From Chloroflexota bacterium (GTDB lineage Bacteria > Chloroflexota > UBA11872 > VXOZ01): a stretch of DNA of 64,000 nucleotides. Position 1 is the stretch's first letter. Every line of letters begins with the position of its first letter. The translations under genes and the position numbers were made by a program. The notes below the pieces were generated by a model. It had not been told where the DNA came from. It made no database searches and was given only the letters and a program-made list of their open reading frames with translations. The stretch lies in contig OZ244798.1 in NCBI GenBank assembly GCA_965220015.1, positions 3,298,063 to 3,362,062 on the forward strand, read 5' to 3'. Below are positions 1 through 9,833 of the stretch, in pieces.

Positions 1-45
1 CGTTCTTTGCGGCATAGCGAAATTCAGGGGCTATGTCGCAGCAGG

Positions 46-906
46 TCAGTCACCCGCCACCTGCGCCGCGCATTCGCGCAAGTAGCGTATGCCCTCGCGT
101 GCCTGTACTTCCGCGTGCGGCTCGAACTCGAAAATCTCGATAGAGACGTAGCCATCGTAGCCGGTGTCGTGCAGAGCCTGCATGATGGGAACAAAATCAG
201 TATCCCCGTAGCCCGGCCCTTTCATGTTCTCATCGTTGGCGTGAAAGTGCGGGAAATCGCCGGCGTGCGCCCGGATAATGTCGGCAGGCGGCGCGGCTTC
301 CCCGCTTTCCATGGCCTTCACGTCGAGGTGCAGCTTGAAGGCGGGGTGATCGACCCGCCGCACGAGATCGGCGCCCTCTGCCGCATTCGAAATAAACTTG
401 CACAGCGGCGGCGCCAGCGGTTCGATGGCTATGATGGTCCCGGCCTGCTGCGCTTCAGCGCACACGCTCTGAAATACCTCGGTTGCGTACGCCATGCCCT
501 GCTCGTAGCTCACGCCTGCCGGCAGATTGCGCTGGTTCGGTGAACCGAAAACAAGGTACGGCGTGTTCATATCGTGGCCGAGCGCGATCAATCCCCGCAG
601 GTAGTCAGCAGTGCGCTGCCGCACCGCCGCATCGGGGTCGGTAAGATGAAGCCCATCGGGTCCTACCAGCAGCCAGTGCAGCCCCACGATCTCGAGTCCG
701 GCATTGGCCGCCGCTTGCCGGGCCGACGCCCGCTGGTCCGCAGTGATGTCAAAGACCGATTGTTCAAAGGTGAACGGCGCTGCCTCGACACCCTCATAGC
801 CAAGTTCCGCCAAGTAATCGCAAATCCGCCCAAAGTCCCAGTTCTCGAAGGCTTCGTTGCAGAATGCATATCGGAATGCCATCGCATACCCATCCTTTAT
901 TGCCAT
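46..906 (-). CDS. sugar phosphate isomerase/epimerase (xylose-isomerase-like TIM barrel)
   Basis: ORF 46..1137 minus. The conserved part starts at MAIKDGYAMAFRYAF (ATG about 906); the upstream extension is an Arg-rich TTG-start artefact. AP-endonuclease-2/xylose-isomerase-like TIM features (HLDVKAMESGE, EIFEFEP). Confidence 0.65.
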   Translation of the reverse strand: MAIKDGYAMAFRYAFCNEAFENWDFGRICDYLAELGYEGVEAAPFTFEQSVFDITADQRASARQAAANAGLEIVGLHWLLVGPDGLHLTDPDAAVRQRTADYLRGLIALGHDMNTPYLVFGSPNQRNLPAGVSYEQGMAYATEVFQSVCAEAQQAGTIIAIEPLAPPLCKFISNAAEGADLVRRVDHPAFKLHLDVKAMESGEAAPPADIIRAHAGDFPHFHANDENMKGPGYGDTDFVPIMQALHDTGYDGYVSIEIFEFEPHAEVQAREGIRYLRECAAQVAGD

Positions 907-1050
907 CGCTAGTTTTCTGGCGGCAATGGTACCACGTTGCCTGCCCTGCCGCAGGGCCGCTATCTGAGTTCTCGCAAGCGCCAAGACCGGTCTCATGTGC
1001 GCTTGAACTGCGCCAACGTATGGTCCACGTTCAAGCCACGCCAACCTGCC

Positions 1051-1074
1051 GTAGCGCGGGGGCTTGTCCCCCGC
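1051..1074. repeat. REP family-A hairpin gtagcgcgggggcttgtcccccgc
   Basis: Stem GCGGGGG/CCCCCGC with loop CTTGT. Other copies at 11847-11869, 63017-63040 and 63123-63146. Confidence 0.7.
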
Positions 1075-1179
1075 TTCCCTGTGTTGAGGCACGACTGGTG
1101 CCACGCGATTCTCGGCTTTGGGCAAGCCGCAGCTCAAGACACGCGAATTCTGGCAAAGTCCAGAAATCCGCCAAACAGC

Positions 1180-2187
1180 CTAGAGCGTCACCTCACGGTC
1201 CTCGCGCGCCGACGTGTACATGGCTTCCAGCAACTCCACGGACCTGCGGCCCTCCGGCCCGGTGCAAGCAACCGGCTTGCCGTCGCGTAAGGCGCCGATC
1301 ATGTCCTCGATGATGTTCTGTGGCGCGTCGGGTAGCTCAGCGAGGTCGGGCGGTGCTCCATCAGGGTTGTCGGCGAATTGCCAGGACGTAATCTCCTCCT
1401 GCTGCATCTGGATGGTGCCGTCGGTGCCGTGAATCTCGTGCACGTGCCCCAAGCCGCCGAAGACGGTCGTGGTGGTCTGGATGACACCCCACGCGCCGGA
1501 AGCATAGGTAACGAGCGCCTCACAGGCGTCTTCGGTCTCGATGTCGTGATTGAAGATATTGATGCGCGCCCGCACACTCTTCACAGGCCCCATGAACCAG
1601 AGAGTCTGGTCAATGCCGTGAATACCCTGGTTTGCCGCGGACCCGCCGCCGTCGTACTTCCAGGTGCCGCGCCAACCGGGCGGATTGCCACCGGAGAAAT
1701 AGCTATCGGCGCGGAACCACTTCAGCCGGTAGTCGCCAAAGATGGGTCGGCCGATCCTGCCCTCGTCCATCGCCTGCTTGATGAGTCGCGTGCCGGGCTC
1801 GTAGCGGCGCTGGAAGTCCACGGCCAGAATTTGCCCGCTCTGCTCTCCTGCGGCAATCACCTGGTCGATTTTCGCCGTGGTGACGTCCATCGGCTTGGTC
1901 GTGAACGTATGCTTGCCCGCTTGGAGGCTCTCGATAGCCAGGTCGCCATGTGTGCCGCTGGGCGTGAAAATGCCCACTGCGTCAATGTCCTGGCGCTCCA
2001 GCAAGGCGCGGTGGTCGGTGTGCCAGTCGCAGCCGTATTCCTCCGCCTGCGCCACGGCCAACTCCTCTTGCAGGTCACAGACCGCCACCAACTCCGCCCC
2101 CGCCGTAGTCGCCGCCTGCTTCACCCGCGACTTGCCGACGCCTAAACCGATAATGCCAAACCGAACCGGATCATGTTGCGATGTCAT
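1180..2187 (-). CDS. Gfo/Idh/MocA family NAD(P)-dependent oxidoreductase
   Basis: N-terminal Rossmann motif VRFGIIGLGVGK. Family-typical EKP-like core (HTFTTKPMD) and C-terminal alpha/beta domain. 335 aa. Confidence 0.8.
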   Translation of the reverse strand: MTSQHDPVRFGIIGLGVGKSRVKQAATTAGAELVAVCDLQEELAVAQAEEYGCDWHTDHRALLERQDIDAVGIFTPSGTHGDLAIESLQAGKHTFTTKPMDVTTAKIDQVIAAGEQSGQILAVDFQRRYEPGTRLIKQAMDEGRIGRPIFGDYRLKWFRADSYFSGGNPPGWRGTWKYDGGGSAANQGIHGIDQTLWFMGPVKSVRARINIFNHDIETEDACEALVTYASGAWGVIQTTTTVFGGLGHVHEIHGTDGTIQMQQEEITSWQFADNPDGAPPDLAELPDAPQNIIEDMIGALRDGKPVACTGPEGRRSVELLEAMYTSAREDREVTL

Positions 2188-2502
2188 AGGAATCTGTCCT
2201 CCTCAATTACATTTCTCGTGACGAAGGCGAATTACTACTCCCGATGGGATGTCCACTCCTAGTGTCTTCTCTTCCGTACACAGATGATACCACCATAAGG
2301 TCAATAGGCGAGTTCAGTCACTAATTAGCTGCTTGACACACCTTAGCAAATAGATTCCACTGCCATCGCAGACCAAGATTCCTTGACATCACTGTATGAG
2401 AACGGTTGTATAGGTAATGCTGGTTCGTGTGTTCAACTACGTAGTCTCGGGATAGACCTTGCATCCATCCAAACCAGATCCAATGAAAGCAAGGAACAAG
2501 CA

Positions 2503-3693
2503 ATGGACGGCGAGAAAGTAATCAAGTCTATCCGACTAGAGAACATCCTCTCCTATGGGCCAGATACTCCCGAGTTTGACTTGGAGCCCCTAAACGTCGT
2601 CATAGGTCCGAATGCTTCAGGAAAATCGAACCTCATTGAGGCTCTGTCAATTCTTGCCAACACGCCAAAGGACGTACAGGATCCGCTTCGAAAAGGCGGT
2701 GGAACCATTGAGTGGCTTTGGAAAGGAACCCAGGAACTTGGTAATGCGACAATAGAGGTAACCGTTGATGCACTTTGGAATCCTGTGCCTCTAAGGTATC
2801 GACTGTCGTTTACCGAGTTCTTTGCCCGCTTCGTGCTGAAGGATGAAGCAGTCGAGGATGCATACGCAAGTGCATCCGGGGAAGACCCGATCGTTTACTA
2901 CCAGTACCGAGATGGTAAGCCAGTGATAAGGGTTGAGGGGGCGACTCCATCCGAGCGGCCCCTAAAACGAGACGATTTGAAGACCGACCAATCAATTCTG
3001 TCCCAACGACGAGATCCTGATTCACTTACTGAGCTGTCTTTCCTCGTATTCCACTTTGAACGCATGCGATTCTACCGAGAATTTCAGTTAGGGCACGACT
3101 CCTCGTTACGAAGGCCTCAGCAAGCTGATCTTATCCAAGACTATCTGTTGGAAGATGGCTCAAACCTCGCAGCGGTATTGAGCTATCTGCTGAATCAACC
3201 CGCTATAAAGTCAAGAATCCTTGACTACCTTCAAGACTTTTATCCATCAGTTCAGGACATTCTTGCTGCTTTGATCGGAGGTAGCATACAGGTATCCTTC
3301 CATGAGAAAGGCCTATACCATCCAGTGCCTTCAACACGACTATCGGATGGAACTCTGCGATATCTCTGCTTGCTCGCCGTACTCTGTCACCCTGAGAGTC
3401 CGTCGGTGATTTGCATCGAGGAACCGGAAACGGGCTTGCACCCCGATGTTATCCCCAAGTTGGCTAAGCTCCTCGTCGAAGCGTCGGAACGCAGCCAAAT
3501 CATCGTCACTACGCACTCCGATATCCTCGTGGATGCACTGACGGATACTCCAGAGGCAGTCGTGATCTGCGAGAAAGTGGATGGCGCTACGCAACTCCGT
3601 CGCCTTGACGCAGACGCTCTCAAGATATGGCTAGAAGAATACCGACTCGGCGAACTCTGGACACGTGGAGATCTCGGAGGCAATGTCTGGTGA
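2503..3693 (+). CDS. ABC-type (AAA_21/OLD-family-like) ATPase, first gene of a two-gene ATPase plus TOPRIM-like module
   Basis: ATG at 2503 preceded by aaggaa RBS. Walker A GPNASGKSNLIEAL, Walker B/D-loop VICIEEPETGLHPD, H-loop TTHSD, as in OLD/AbiLi/AriA-type ABC ATPases. Lies in an AT-rich islet. Confidence 0.75.
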   Translation: MDGEKVIKSIRLENILSYGPDTPEFDLEPLNVVIGPNASGKSNLIEALSILANTPKDVQDPLRKGGGTIEWLWKGTQELGNATIEVTVDALWNPVPLRYRLSFTEFFARFVLKDEAVEDAYASASGEDPIVYYQYRDGKPVIRVEGATPSERPLKRDDLKTDQSILSQRRDPDSLTELSFLVFHFERMRFYREFQLGHDSSLRRPQQADLIQDYLLEDGSNLAAVLSYLLNQPAIKSRILDYLQDFYPSVQDILAALIGGSIQVSFHEKGLYHPVPSTRLSDGTLRYLCLLAVLCHPESPSVICIEEPETGLHPDVIPKLAKLLVEASERSQIIVTTHSDILVDALTDTPEAVVICEKVDGATQLRRLDADALKIWLEEYRLGELWTRGDLGGNVW

Positions 3694-4316
3694 GTGTCAA
3701 GGTCTACTTAGAAGGTGGCGGCAGTGGCTCAGACAGAAAGAGGCGAAAAGGCGGACGCTCAGAGCAGAGCAGCAAGTTCAGAGAAAGCTTTAGCAAGTTC
3801 GTGAGGCAGGTTGGGTTGACCGGCAGGATGCCGCAGTTTGTGCCTTGCGGGAGTAGGGAGACTGCATACAAGGACTTCTGCAGGGCAATTGCAAGCGGAG
3901 AAACCGCCCTCCTTCTTGTGGATGCCGAAAAGCCGGTAACAGTTCCAGGACCATGGCAACACCTTAAGGGCTCTGACAATTGGAACCGTCCTCGTTCTGC
4001 GACTGACGGCCACTGCCATCTCATGGTGCAAGTTATGGAGTCTTGGTTCCTTGCGGATACCGCCGCGCTCAAGTCTTACTTTCGCCAAGGGTTTCGAGAA
4101 GGATCGCTTCCACAGAACCCAAACGTAGAGGAAATCCCCAAGCAGGACGTTGAAATTGGTCTAAGACAAGCAACGCGTGGTACAAGCAAGGGCGCGTATT
4201 CCAAGGGAAAGCACAGTTTCGAAATACTCGCGGAGTTGGATCCTGCTGAGGTCAGATGTAAGTCGCCCTATGCCGAATGCTTCCTCTCCGCTCTTGAGCG
4301 ATTGTGCCAAACATGA
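3690..4316 (+). CDS. DUF4276 family protein (predicted standalone TOPRIM-like nuclease partner of the ABC ATPase)
   Basis: GTG start at 3690 overlaps the ATPase TGA stop (GTGA coupling). N-terminus VKVYLEGGGSGSD (conserved Glu) and later LLLVDAE (DxD/E-like) fit a TOPRIM-like fold. Same AT-rich islet. Confidence 0.6.
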   Translation: MSVKVYLEGGGSGSDRKRRKGGRSEQSSKFRESFSKFVRQVGLTGRMPQFVPCGSRETAYKDFCRAIASGETALLLVDAEKPVTVPGPWQHLKGSDNWNRPRSATDGHCHLMVQVMESWFLADTAALKSYFRQGFREGSLPQNPNVEEIPKQDVEIGLRQATRGTSKGAYSKGKHSFEILAELDPAEVRCKSPYAECFLSALERLCQT

Positions 4317-4394
4317 CTGCCCTCAGTCTCGGCTAGCCAAGAGCTTCTCCCTTACATCCGAGAACGGAAAGCAAGTACTCGGAAGTGTCCCGCA

Positions 4395-5243
4395 CTAGCC
4401 TGCTACCGGAGCCGCTGTCTCAGCGTCGCCGGTGATTAGGGCGTCCGGGTGGTCTTGGAGCAGCGTGGCCGGGTAGTGAGTGGAGACCTCGCCGAGCAGG
4501 GCGATGCGCAGGATGGCTTTTTGCCAGTAGCCGCCGTCGCAGTAGAGGCGGATGCGGCGGGACTCCAAGATGTCCTTCATGCCGATAGTGATCGCCATGG
4601 GCGGGAAGGTGTAGAAGTTGCCGCCGACGCGGCGGATGGAGTTCATCACCATCGTCTCCGGGGCTAACGGTAAAACGCGCGTGCGGGACTGGCGAAATTC
4701 CGCCAGCGTTACCTGATAGAAGCGGCTGATGGGCGGTTCGTTGAAGGCCACGTGCCCGTGAATGCCGATACCGCCGTAGCAGGAATCGATGCCGCCGAGC
4801 GCGGCGATCTTTTCGCTCACCTCGTCGATGCGCTCGATGCGCGGAAAGAAGACGTGGTCGTCCGGTATGCGCAGGTCGGGGTCGAGCTTCGCAAAGAACT
4901 CGCGGCGCATGTATCCCTCGAAGCTCAGTGGATGGTCGAGCGGGATCGAACGCCCTTCCCAGTCGCAGTATTCGTCCATATTGAAGGTCCACACGTTCTG
5001 CCACGAGATGCGCTCGCGATTGCAGATCTCGGCAAGCACCGGAAACTGGCCGATCGGGCCCACGGGCAGAATGAGCCGCGTTGGTTCGCCGGCGGCGTTG
5101 TGGGCTTTGATTTCGTCGGCGATTTCGCGGGCAAACGCTGCGTAGAGCGCCGCCCGATCCGGCACAACACACACCGGGATTTTCGCCTCGCGTCGCAGAG
5201 TCTCCGCTGGCAGTTTCAGCCACGCATCAATCTCCAGCCCCAT
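4395..5243 (-). CDS. glucosamine-6-phosphate deaminase/isomerase family protein (NagB-like)
   Basis: Motif GGIGIHGHVAFNEPP matches the NagB/6-phosphogluconolactonase family signature. Likely start at MGLEIDAWLKL. Confidence 0.7.
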   Translation of the reverse strand: MGLEIDAWLKLPAETLRREAKIPVCVVPDRAALYAAFAREIADEIKAHNAAGEPTRLILPVGPIGQFPVLAEICNRERISWQNVWTFNMDEYCDWEGRSIPLDHPLSFEGYMRREFFAKLDPDLRIPDDHVFFPRIERIDEVSEKIAALGGIDSCYGGIGIHGHVAFNEPPISRFYQVTLAEFRQSRTRVLPLAPETMVMNSIRRVGGNFYTFPPMAITIGMKDILESRRIRLYCDGGYWQKAILRIALLGEVSTHYPATLLQDHPDALITGDAETAAPVAG

Positions 5244-5967
5244 GTGTTGCGCTCCTTCTGCGTTCTGCACTTAATGTCTCTCGTCCAAGACCATCAAGCT
5301 ATGCGAAGTCGTTTCTCTCGACTTCCCCTGTGAAATAGCTCTTGATGGCGCTTACGAGCAGCCATTTCCTCGCCCTATTCAAACGGCAGAAACCGGCCCG
5401 CAGCTTACATACGTTGACCGTAGCGATGCCTCATATAGCTTACAAACCCATCTTGGCAGGCATTCCACGCGCGACTCGCGAAAATTTCTCAAATACAGGG
5501 TAATTCCATCGCGACAAAATTCCAATTCTGTTATCCTTTTGTTGGGATAAGCGACGCGCATTCCTTACGGCGCATTTTGCCTGGCAGAGGATGACAGAGG
5601 CGCGGCACGTGTAAGGCAGATTCTCGCTTCCACACTTCTCTAGCTCATCGGGAATTATACCCTCTTGAGCCTTTTGTGGTATTAGGAAACTGTCGCACCA
5701 AACGCTGCTCAGGGCCAAAGGCGCTCCGTTTGCGTTGGAGAGTACACTGTCTACTCTACCTTTAGCGCGCCATGCAGGCCTGTGCTCTCGGATGGCTGCG
5801 CGCGATAGCCGCGGCCTACCGGCCAGTACACAAAACACGGTGTTTTTCGTACAATAGAGACAGGTACACTACGGTTCGACCAGGGGTATGGTAAGCCACC
5901 AATATCGGCAGGGCAGCGCTGCTAGTTAACGAGTTTGCGAGCTTCAGGTTCGTCTTGGAGTGGGTCT

Positions 5968-6801
5968 ATGCAAGAGCCGCAACGAATGGGAGAAAGGCTG
6001 CGCGCGGCGCGCTTGGCAAAAGGCGTCTCGCTTGAAGAAGCCGCGGCAGCCACGCGCATCCGCAGATCCTCTTTGCAGGCGCTCGAGTCTGACGATTTTA
6101 GCTCGCTGCCGCCACCGGTCTACACGCGGGGCTTCTTGCTCAACTACGCCCGCTACCTGGGACTGATCCCGGAAGAGGTGATGGAAGCGTATGAGCGTCA
6201 GCAGCGCGAAGGTGGTGAGCCCTCGGTATCGGAACCCCAGGACGAAAAGCTAAGGAGACCATCGCTACTTAGCTCCAAGCTCCTGCTCTCCGTCGTGCTC
6301 GTGATTGCAGTTGGCGTGATTCTTAACTTCCTCTACCAGGAGTTCTTGTCGGCAGGACCGGCGCCCCTGGAGCCCGATGCTGAAGCAACGCCAACCAGCG
6401 TACCGACGCCGCTGGTCGTACTCCCGCCACTGCGCACGCCAACGCCAATTCCAACGCCCTCACCCGCTCCCACGCCGACGCCCACGCCGGTCACCGGCGT
6501 AAACCTAACGCTGCGGTCCACAACCCAAGAGGTCTGGCTCCAAGTAACGGCTGACGGCGAAACCGTCTATATCGGTACGATCGGCCCGGAAACAGACCAG
6601 GGCACCGAACCGCTGACGTGGGAGGCTGAAGAGGGTATTTCCATCCTCTTTGGACGAACTGGCGGCATTGAGATAACCGTAAACGGGCGTGAACTCGACC
6701 CCTTGGAAGAAATCGAAGACCCACTGACGTTTGCGGCGATTGAGACGGACGAGGGGGACGTGGAGATCTCGGTCAACGGCACGCCGATACCGTCGCCATA
6801 A
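5968..6801 (+). CDS. RodZ-like helix-turn-helix protein with TM segment, Pro/Thr-rich linker and DUF4115-like C-terminus
   Basis: ATG at 5968 after ggagtg. HTH_25-like GERLRAARLAKGVSLEEAA, then TM LLLSVVLVIAVGVIL, a PTPIPTPSPAPTPTPTP linker, and a C-terminal beta domain. Confidence 0.6.
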   Translation: MQEPQRMGERLRAARLAKGVSLEEAAAATRIRRSSLQALESDDFSSLPPPVYTRGFLLNYARYLGLIPEEVMEAYERQQREGGEPSVSEPQDEKLRRPSLLSSKLLLSVVLVIAVGVILNFLYQEFLSAGPAPLEPDAEATPTSVPTPLVVLPPLRTPTPIPTPSPAPTPTPTPVTGVNLTLRSTTQEVWLQVTADGETVYIGTIGPETDQGTEPLTWEAEEGISILFGRTGGIEITVNGRELDPLEEIEDPLTFAAIETDEGDVEISVNGTPIPSP

Positions 6802-7236
6802 TTCCTGGAATTGGACGCCTTGGATGCTCTGTCTCTGACCCCAGTGACGCCAATGTCTGGGTAACGCGGGAATTGAGTCCTCGCTCCCACCACGCACACG
6901 GGCGTAGTGCTGGCTTTTCCACGGACTTGGCCTGCCTTACCTTTTACTCGCCCTGACTTCCGTCCCGCAAGTGTGCGAGATTCCCGACCTCGCTCGTCAC
7001 AGCTCCCGGCCTGCTGCAGCGTTGACTATTAACCGGCATGAGTCTACCCGGCTGGAGAGTCTTCACGTGAGCCCCGCACGCGAAATCTTTGCTGTTGCGC
7101 GTCGCCATTGCACCGGCTCCACATCACTTGCGCACTCAAGCGGAGTTGCCGCGCCGCCGCAATAACGGTATCGTGAGAAGCCAGAATAGAACTACATGGC
7201 GGGCAGCACGGTGTCCTGCTGCGAGAGGAATTCCTT

Positions 7237-7827
7237 ATGCCGGTTGGCATTGCCACGCAGTTGACGCTCGCACGTATTGCGCTCGCCCCTGTCATTATGT
7301 TTCTCCTCATTTGGGGTAAGGACACGCCCCAATGGTATTGGCTGGCAACAGCCTTGCTCGCACTTGCAGCGGCAACAGATTGGCTCGACGGTTTTGTGGC
7401 GCGCCGCAGCGATACGGTTTCGGCAGTCGGGGCAACGCTAGACCTGGTGGCGGATAAGATTCTCGTTGCCGTGGTCTTGATTGCCCTCGTGCAGGTAGGC
7501 TTATTGCCCGGCTGGTGGGCGGCGGTCATAGTCTGTCGTGAAATGGCAGTGACCGGCCTCCGCACACAGGCCGCAGAGCGGGGCGTCTCCATTCCGGCAG
7601 GCCGCGCGGGCAAATTCAAGACCGCCGTGACTTTCCTCGCCTTGATCGTTCTCATCCTCTGGCAAAGTATCGTAAGCGACGTTCTCCTCTGGCTTGCCCT
7701 CATCCTTACGGTTTACTCCGGAGGAGAGTACCTGTACACCGGCATTCGCAAGATGCGAGACGCGAGCAACAGTCAGCCTCTGCAATCGCAACCACAATCG
7801 TCCAATAAGGAGGTACATGCAGAATGA
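7237..7827 (+). CDS. pgsA: CDP-diacylglycerol--glycerol-3-phosphate 3-phosphatidyltransferase
   Basis: CDP-alcohol phosphatidyltransferase motif DWLDGFVARR...GATLDLVADK. Multi-TM. 196 aa. Confidence 0.8.
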   Translation: MPVGIATQLTLARIALAPVIMFLLIWGKDTPQWYWLATALLALAAATDWLDGFVARRSDTVSAVGATLDLVADKILVAVVLIALVQVGLLPGWWAAVIVCREMAVTGLRTQAAERGVSIPAGRAGKFKTAVTFLALIVLILWQSIVSDVLLWLALILTVYSGGEYLYTGIRKMRDASNSQPLQSQPQSSNKEVHAE

Positions 7828-8714
7828 AAGTAGCCTTTATCGGTCTCGGCACCATGGGAATGCACATGGCAGTAAATCTCCGCAACGCCGGCCATGATGT
7901 CTATGCCTATAACCGTACGCGGAGCAAAGCGGAGGCGTTCGTTACCACCGGCGGGACGCTGGTGGAGAGCCCCCGCGCAGCGGCAGCGCAAGCCGACTTC
8001 GTGCTTTCATGCGTCTCGATGCCGGAAGACGTGGAAGAGGTCTTCCTGGGAGACGCCGGCGCAATTCACGGATCGCGCCCGGGCCAGGTGTTCGTCGATC
8101 ACAGCACTATTGACCCGGCAACGGCTCGCAAGGTTGGCGCCGCCCTCGCGGCAAAGCAAATCCAATTCATCGATGCCCCCATTAGCGGCGGCCCCATGGG
8201 AGCCGAAGCCGGCACCCTCGCAATTATGGCAGGAGGCGATGACGACGCCTTCGCCAGAGCAGAGCCGCTCTTCCAAGCCATGGGTGAGAATATCTTTCAC
8301 GTCGGTCCTCTGGGCGCGGGTTCGGTAGTAAAGCTGCAGAACCAACTGCTCGTTGGCATTAACTTGGCCGGCATCGCAGAAGCTATGGTGCTTGGGGCCA
8401 AGAACGGCGTCGACCCCGAAACGTCTTACCAAGTGCTTGGCACCGCCATGGGCGACAGCCGCATGCTGCACCGCGCCATGCCGGACTACATTCTGAAGCG
8501 CAATTTTGATCCGGCGTTCGCCATCAAACTCCTCGTGAAAGACCTGCGTTTGGCCACGCAACTCGGCCAGCAAGCCAGCGTGCGGCTGCTGCTCAGCAAC
8601 CTCACGCAACTCGTCTATGAAGAGGCCATCGCCCAAGGGCTGGCTGATGAAGATCAGACAGCCGTGGTCAAGCCGCTGGAATCGCTCGCCAAGGTGGAGG
8701 TAGCCAAGGCGTGA
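7824..8714 (+). CDS. NAD(P)-dependent 3-hydroxyisobutyrate dehydrogenase family oxidoreductase (2-hydroxy-3-oxopropionate reductase-like)
   Basis: MKVAFIGLGTMGMHMAVNL Rossmann N-terminus. ATGA overlap with the pgsA stop. 296 aa. Confidence 0.8.
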   Translation: MKVAFIGLGTMGMHMAVNLRNAGHDVYAYNRTRSKAEAFVTTGGTLVESPRAAAAQADFVLSCVSMPEDVEEVFLGDAGAIHGSRPGQVFVDHSTIDPATARKVGAALAAKQIQFIDAPISGGPMGAEAGTLAIMAGGDDDAFARAEPLFQAMGENIFHVGPLGAGSVVKLQNQLLVGINLAGIAEAMVLGAKNGVDPETSYQVLGTAMGDSRMLHRAMPDYILKRNFDPAFAIKLLVKDLRLATQLGQQASVRLLLSNLTQLVYEEAIAQGLADEDQTAVVKPLESLAKVEVAKA

Positions 8715-9781
8715 GCCCAACGGATGCCTCACCTGCCGACTCGACTCGTATTCCCGCAGCGCGCTTAGAGCAGTTTGCCCGGGACGTGCTCGTGCTTGAG
8801 GGCATTCACCCGAAGCATGCATCGCAATCGGCCCGGCACCTCGTGCTCTGCGACTTGCGCGGCGTCGAAACGCACGGCATCACGCGGCTCTCCGCACTGG
8901 CGCAGCGCATCCGCAACGGCGTCGTCAACGCCAACCCGGACATCCACGTCGAGCGGCAACGCGCTGCCTCCGCGCTGGTGGATGGTGATAACGGGCTGGG
9001 CGTACCGGTCAGCACGTATGCGACGCACTTGGCGATTCAATTCGCCCAAGAACAGGGCATTGGCACGGTGGGCGTTCGCAATAGCAACCACTTTGGCATG
9101 GCGGCCGATTACGCGTTGCAGATGACGGCTGCCGGGTGTCTCGGCATCGTGACGACCAATTCAAGCCCGGCCATGGTGCCCTGGGGCGCAGCCAAGAAGT
9201 TCTTGGGGACCAATCCCATTTGCTTTGGCGCGCCCACCCACGAGGCGCCCCTCATCCTCGACATGGCGACGAGCGTCGTGGCCATGGGACACGTGGTTCT
9301 CGCAGAAAAGCGCGGTCAACCCATCCCGGACTCCTGGGCGGTTGGACCCGACGGCCTGCCCACCACCGACCCGACCCGCGCCAGACAGGGCGGGGCGCGT
9401 CCGCTGGCCGACTACAAGGGCTCCGGACTCGCATTGATGATTGAAATCTTCACCTCGCTCCTTACAGGCGCAACCTTAGGCGTGCATTCCGCCGGGTTCT
9501 TCAGCGATATGAGCCGGCCCGCCGACGTGGCACACCTTTTCCTTGCAATCGACATTGCGGCCTTTTTGGAACTCCCATCGTTCAAGGATAGGCTGGCTGC
9601 GCTCCTCACGGAGATGCGAGAGCTCCCGCTGGCGCCTGGGTTCGACCGCGTCACCCTGCCCGGTGAGATCGAAGAGGAGCACATGTGTGACCGCAAGGCA
9701 AACGGCATCCCGATCGACCCGGCGGTGCTCGCGGACTTGCAGCAACTCTCCGCACAAACGGGAGTACCCTTGACAGTATGA
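8711..9781 (+). CDS. Ldh_2 family (malate/L-lactate/ureidoglycolate dehydrogenase type 2) oxidoreductase
   Basis: GTGA overlap with the upstream gene. Ldh_2-type motifs HGITRLS and NPICFGAP. 356 aa. Confidence 0.7.
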   Translation: MSPTDASPADSTRIPAARLEQFARDVLVLEGIHPKHASQSARHLVLCDLRGVETHGITRLSALAQRIRNGVVNANPDIHVERQRAASALVDGDNGLGVPVSTYATHLAIQFAQEQGIGTVGVRNSNHFGMAADYALQMTAAGCLGIVTTNSSPAMVPWGAAKKFLGTNPICFGAPTHEAPLILDMATSVVAMGHVVLAEKRGQPIPDSWAVGPDGLPTTDPTRARQGGARPLADYKGSGLALMIEIFTSLLTGATLGVHSAGFFSDMSRPADVAHLFLAIDIAAFLELPSFKDRLAALLTEMRELPLAPGFDRVTLPGEIEEEHMCDRKANGIPIDPAVLADLQQLSAQTGVPLTV

Positions 9782-9833
9782 ACATATCGCGCTCACCTAG
9801 CACTAGTCCGCACCCATTCTTGGAATATCCCTA

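Noticed and set aside
2333-2415. Sigma70-like promoter for the ATPase/DUF4276 module
   Set aside because: ttgaca hexamers at 2333 and 2384 lack a convincing -10 at 16-19 bp spacing. Not reported as a feature.
4420-5223. 267-aa ORF antisense to the NagB-like gene
   Set aside because: Extremely Arg/Pro-rich antisense artefact. The opposite strand carries the GHVAFNEP deaminase motif.
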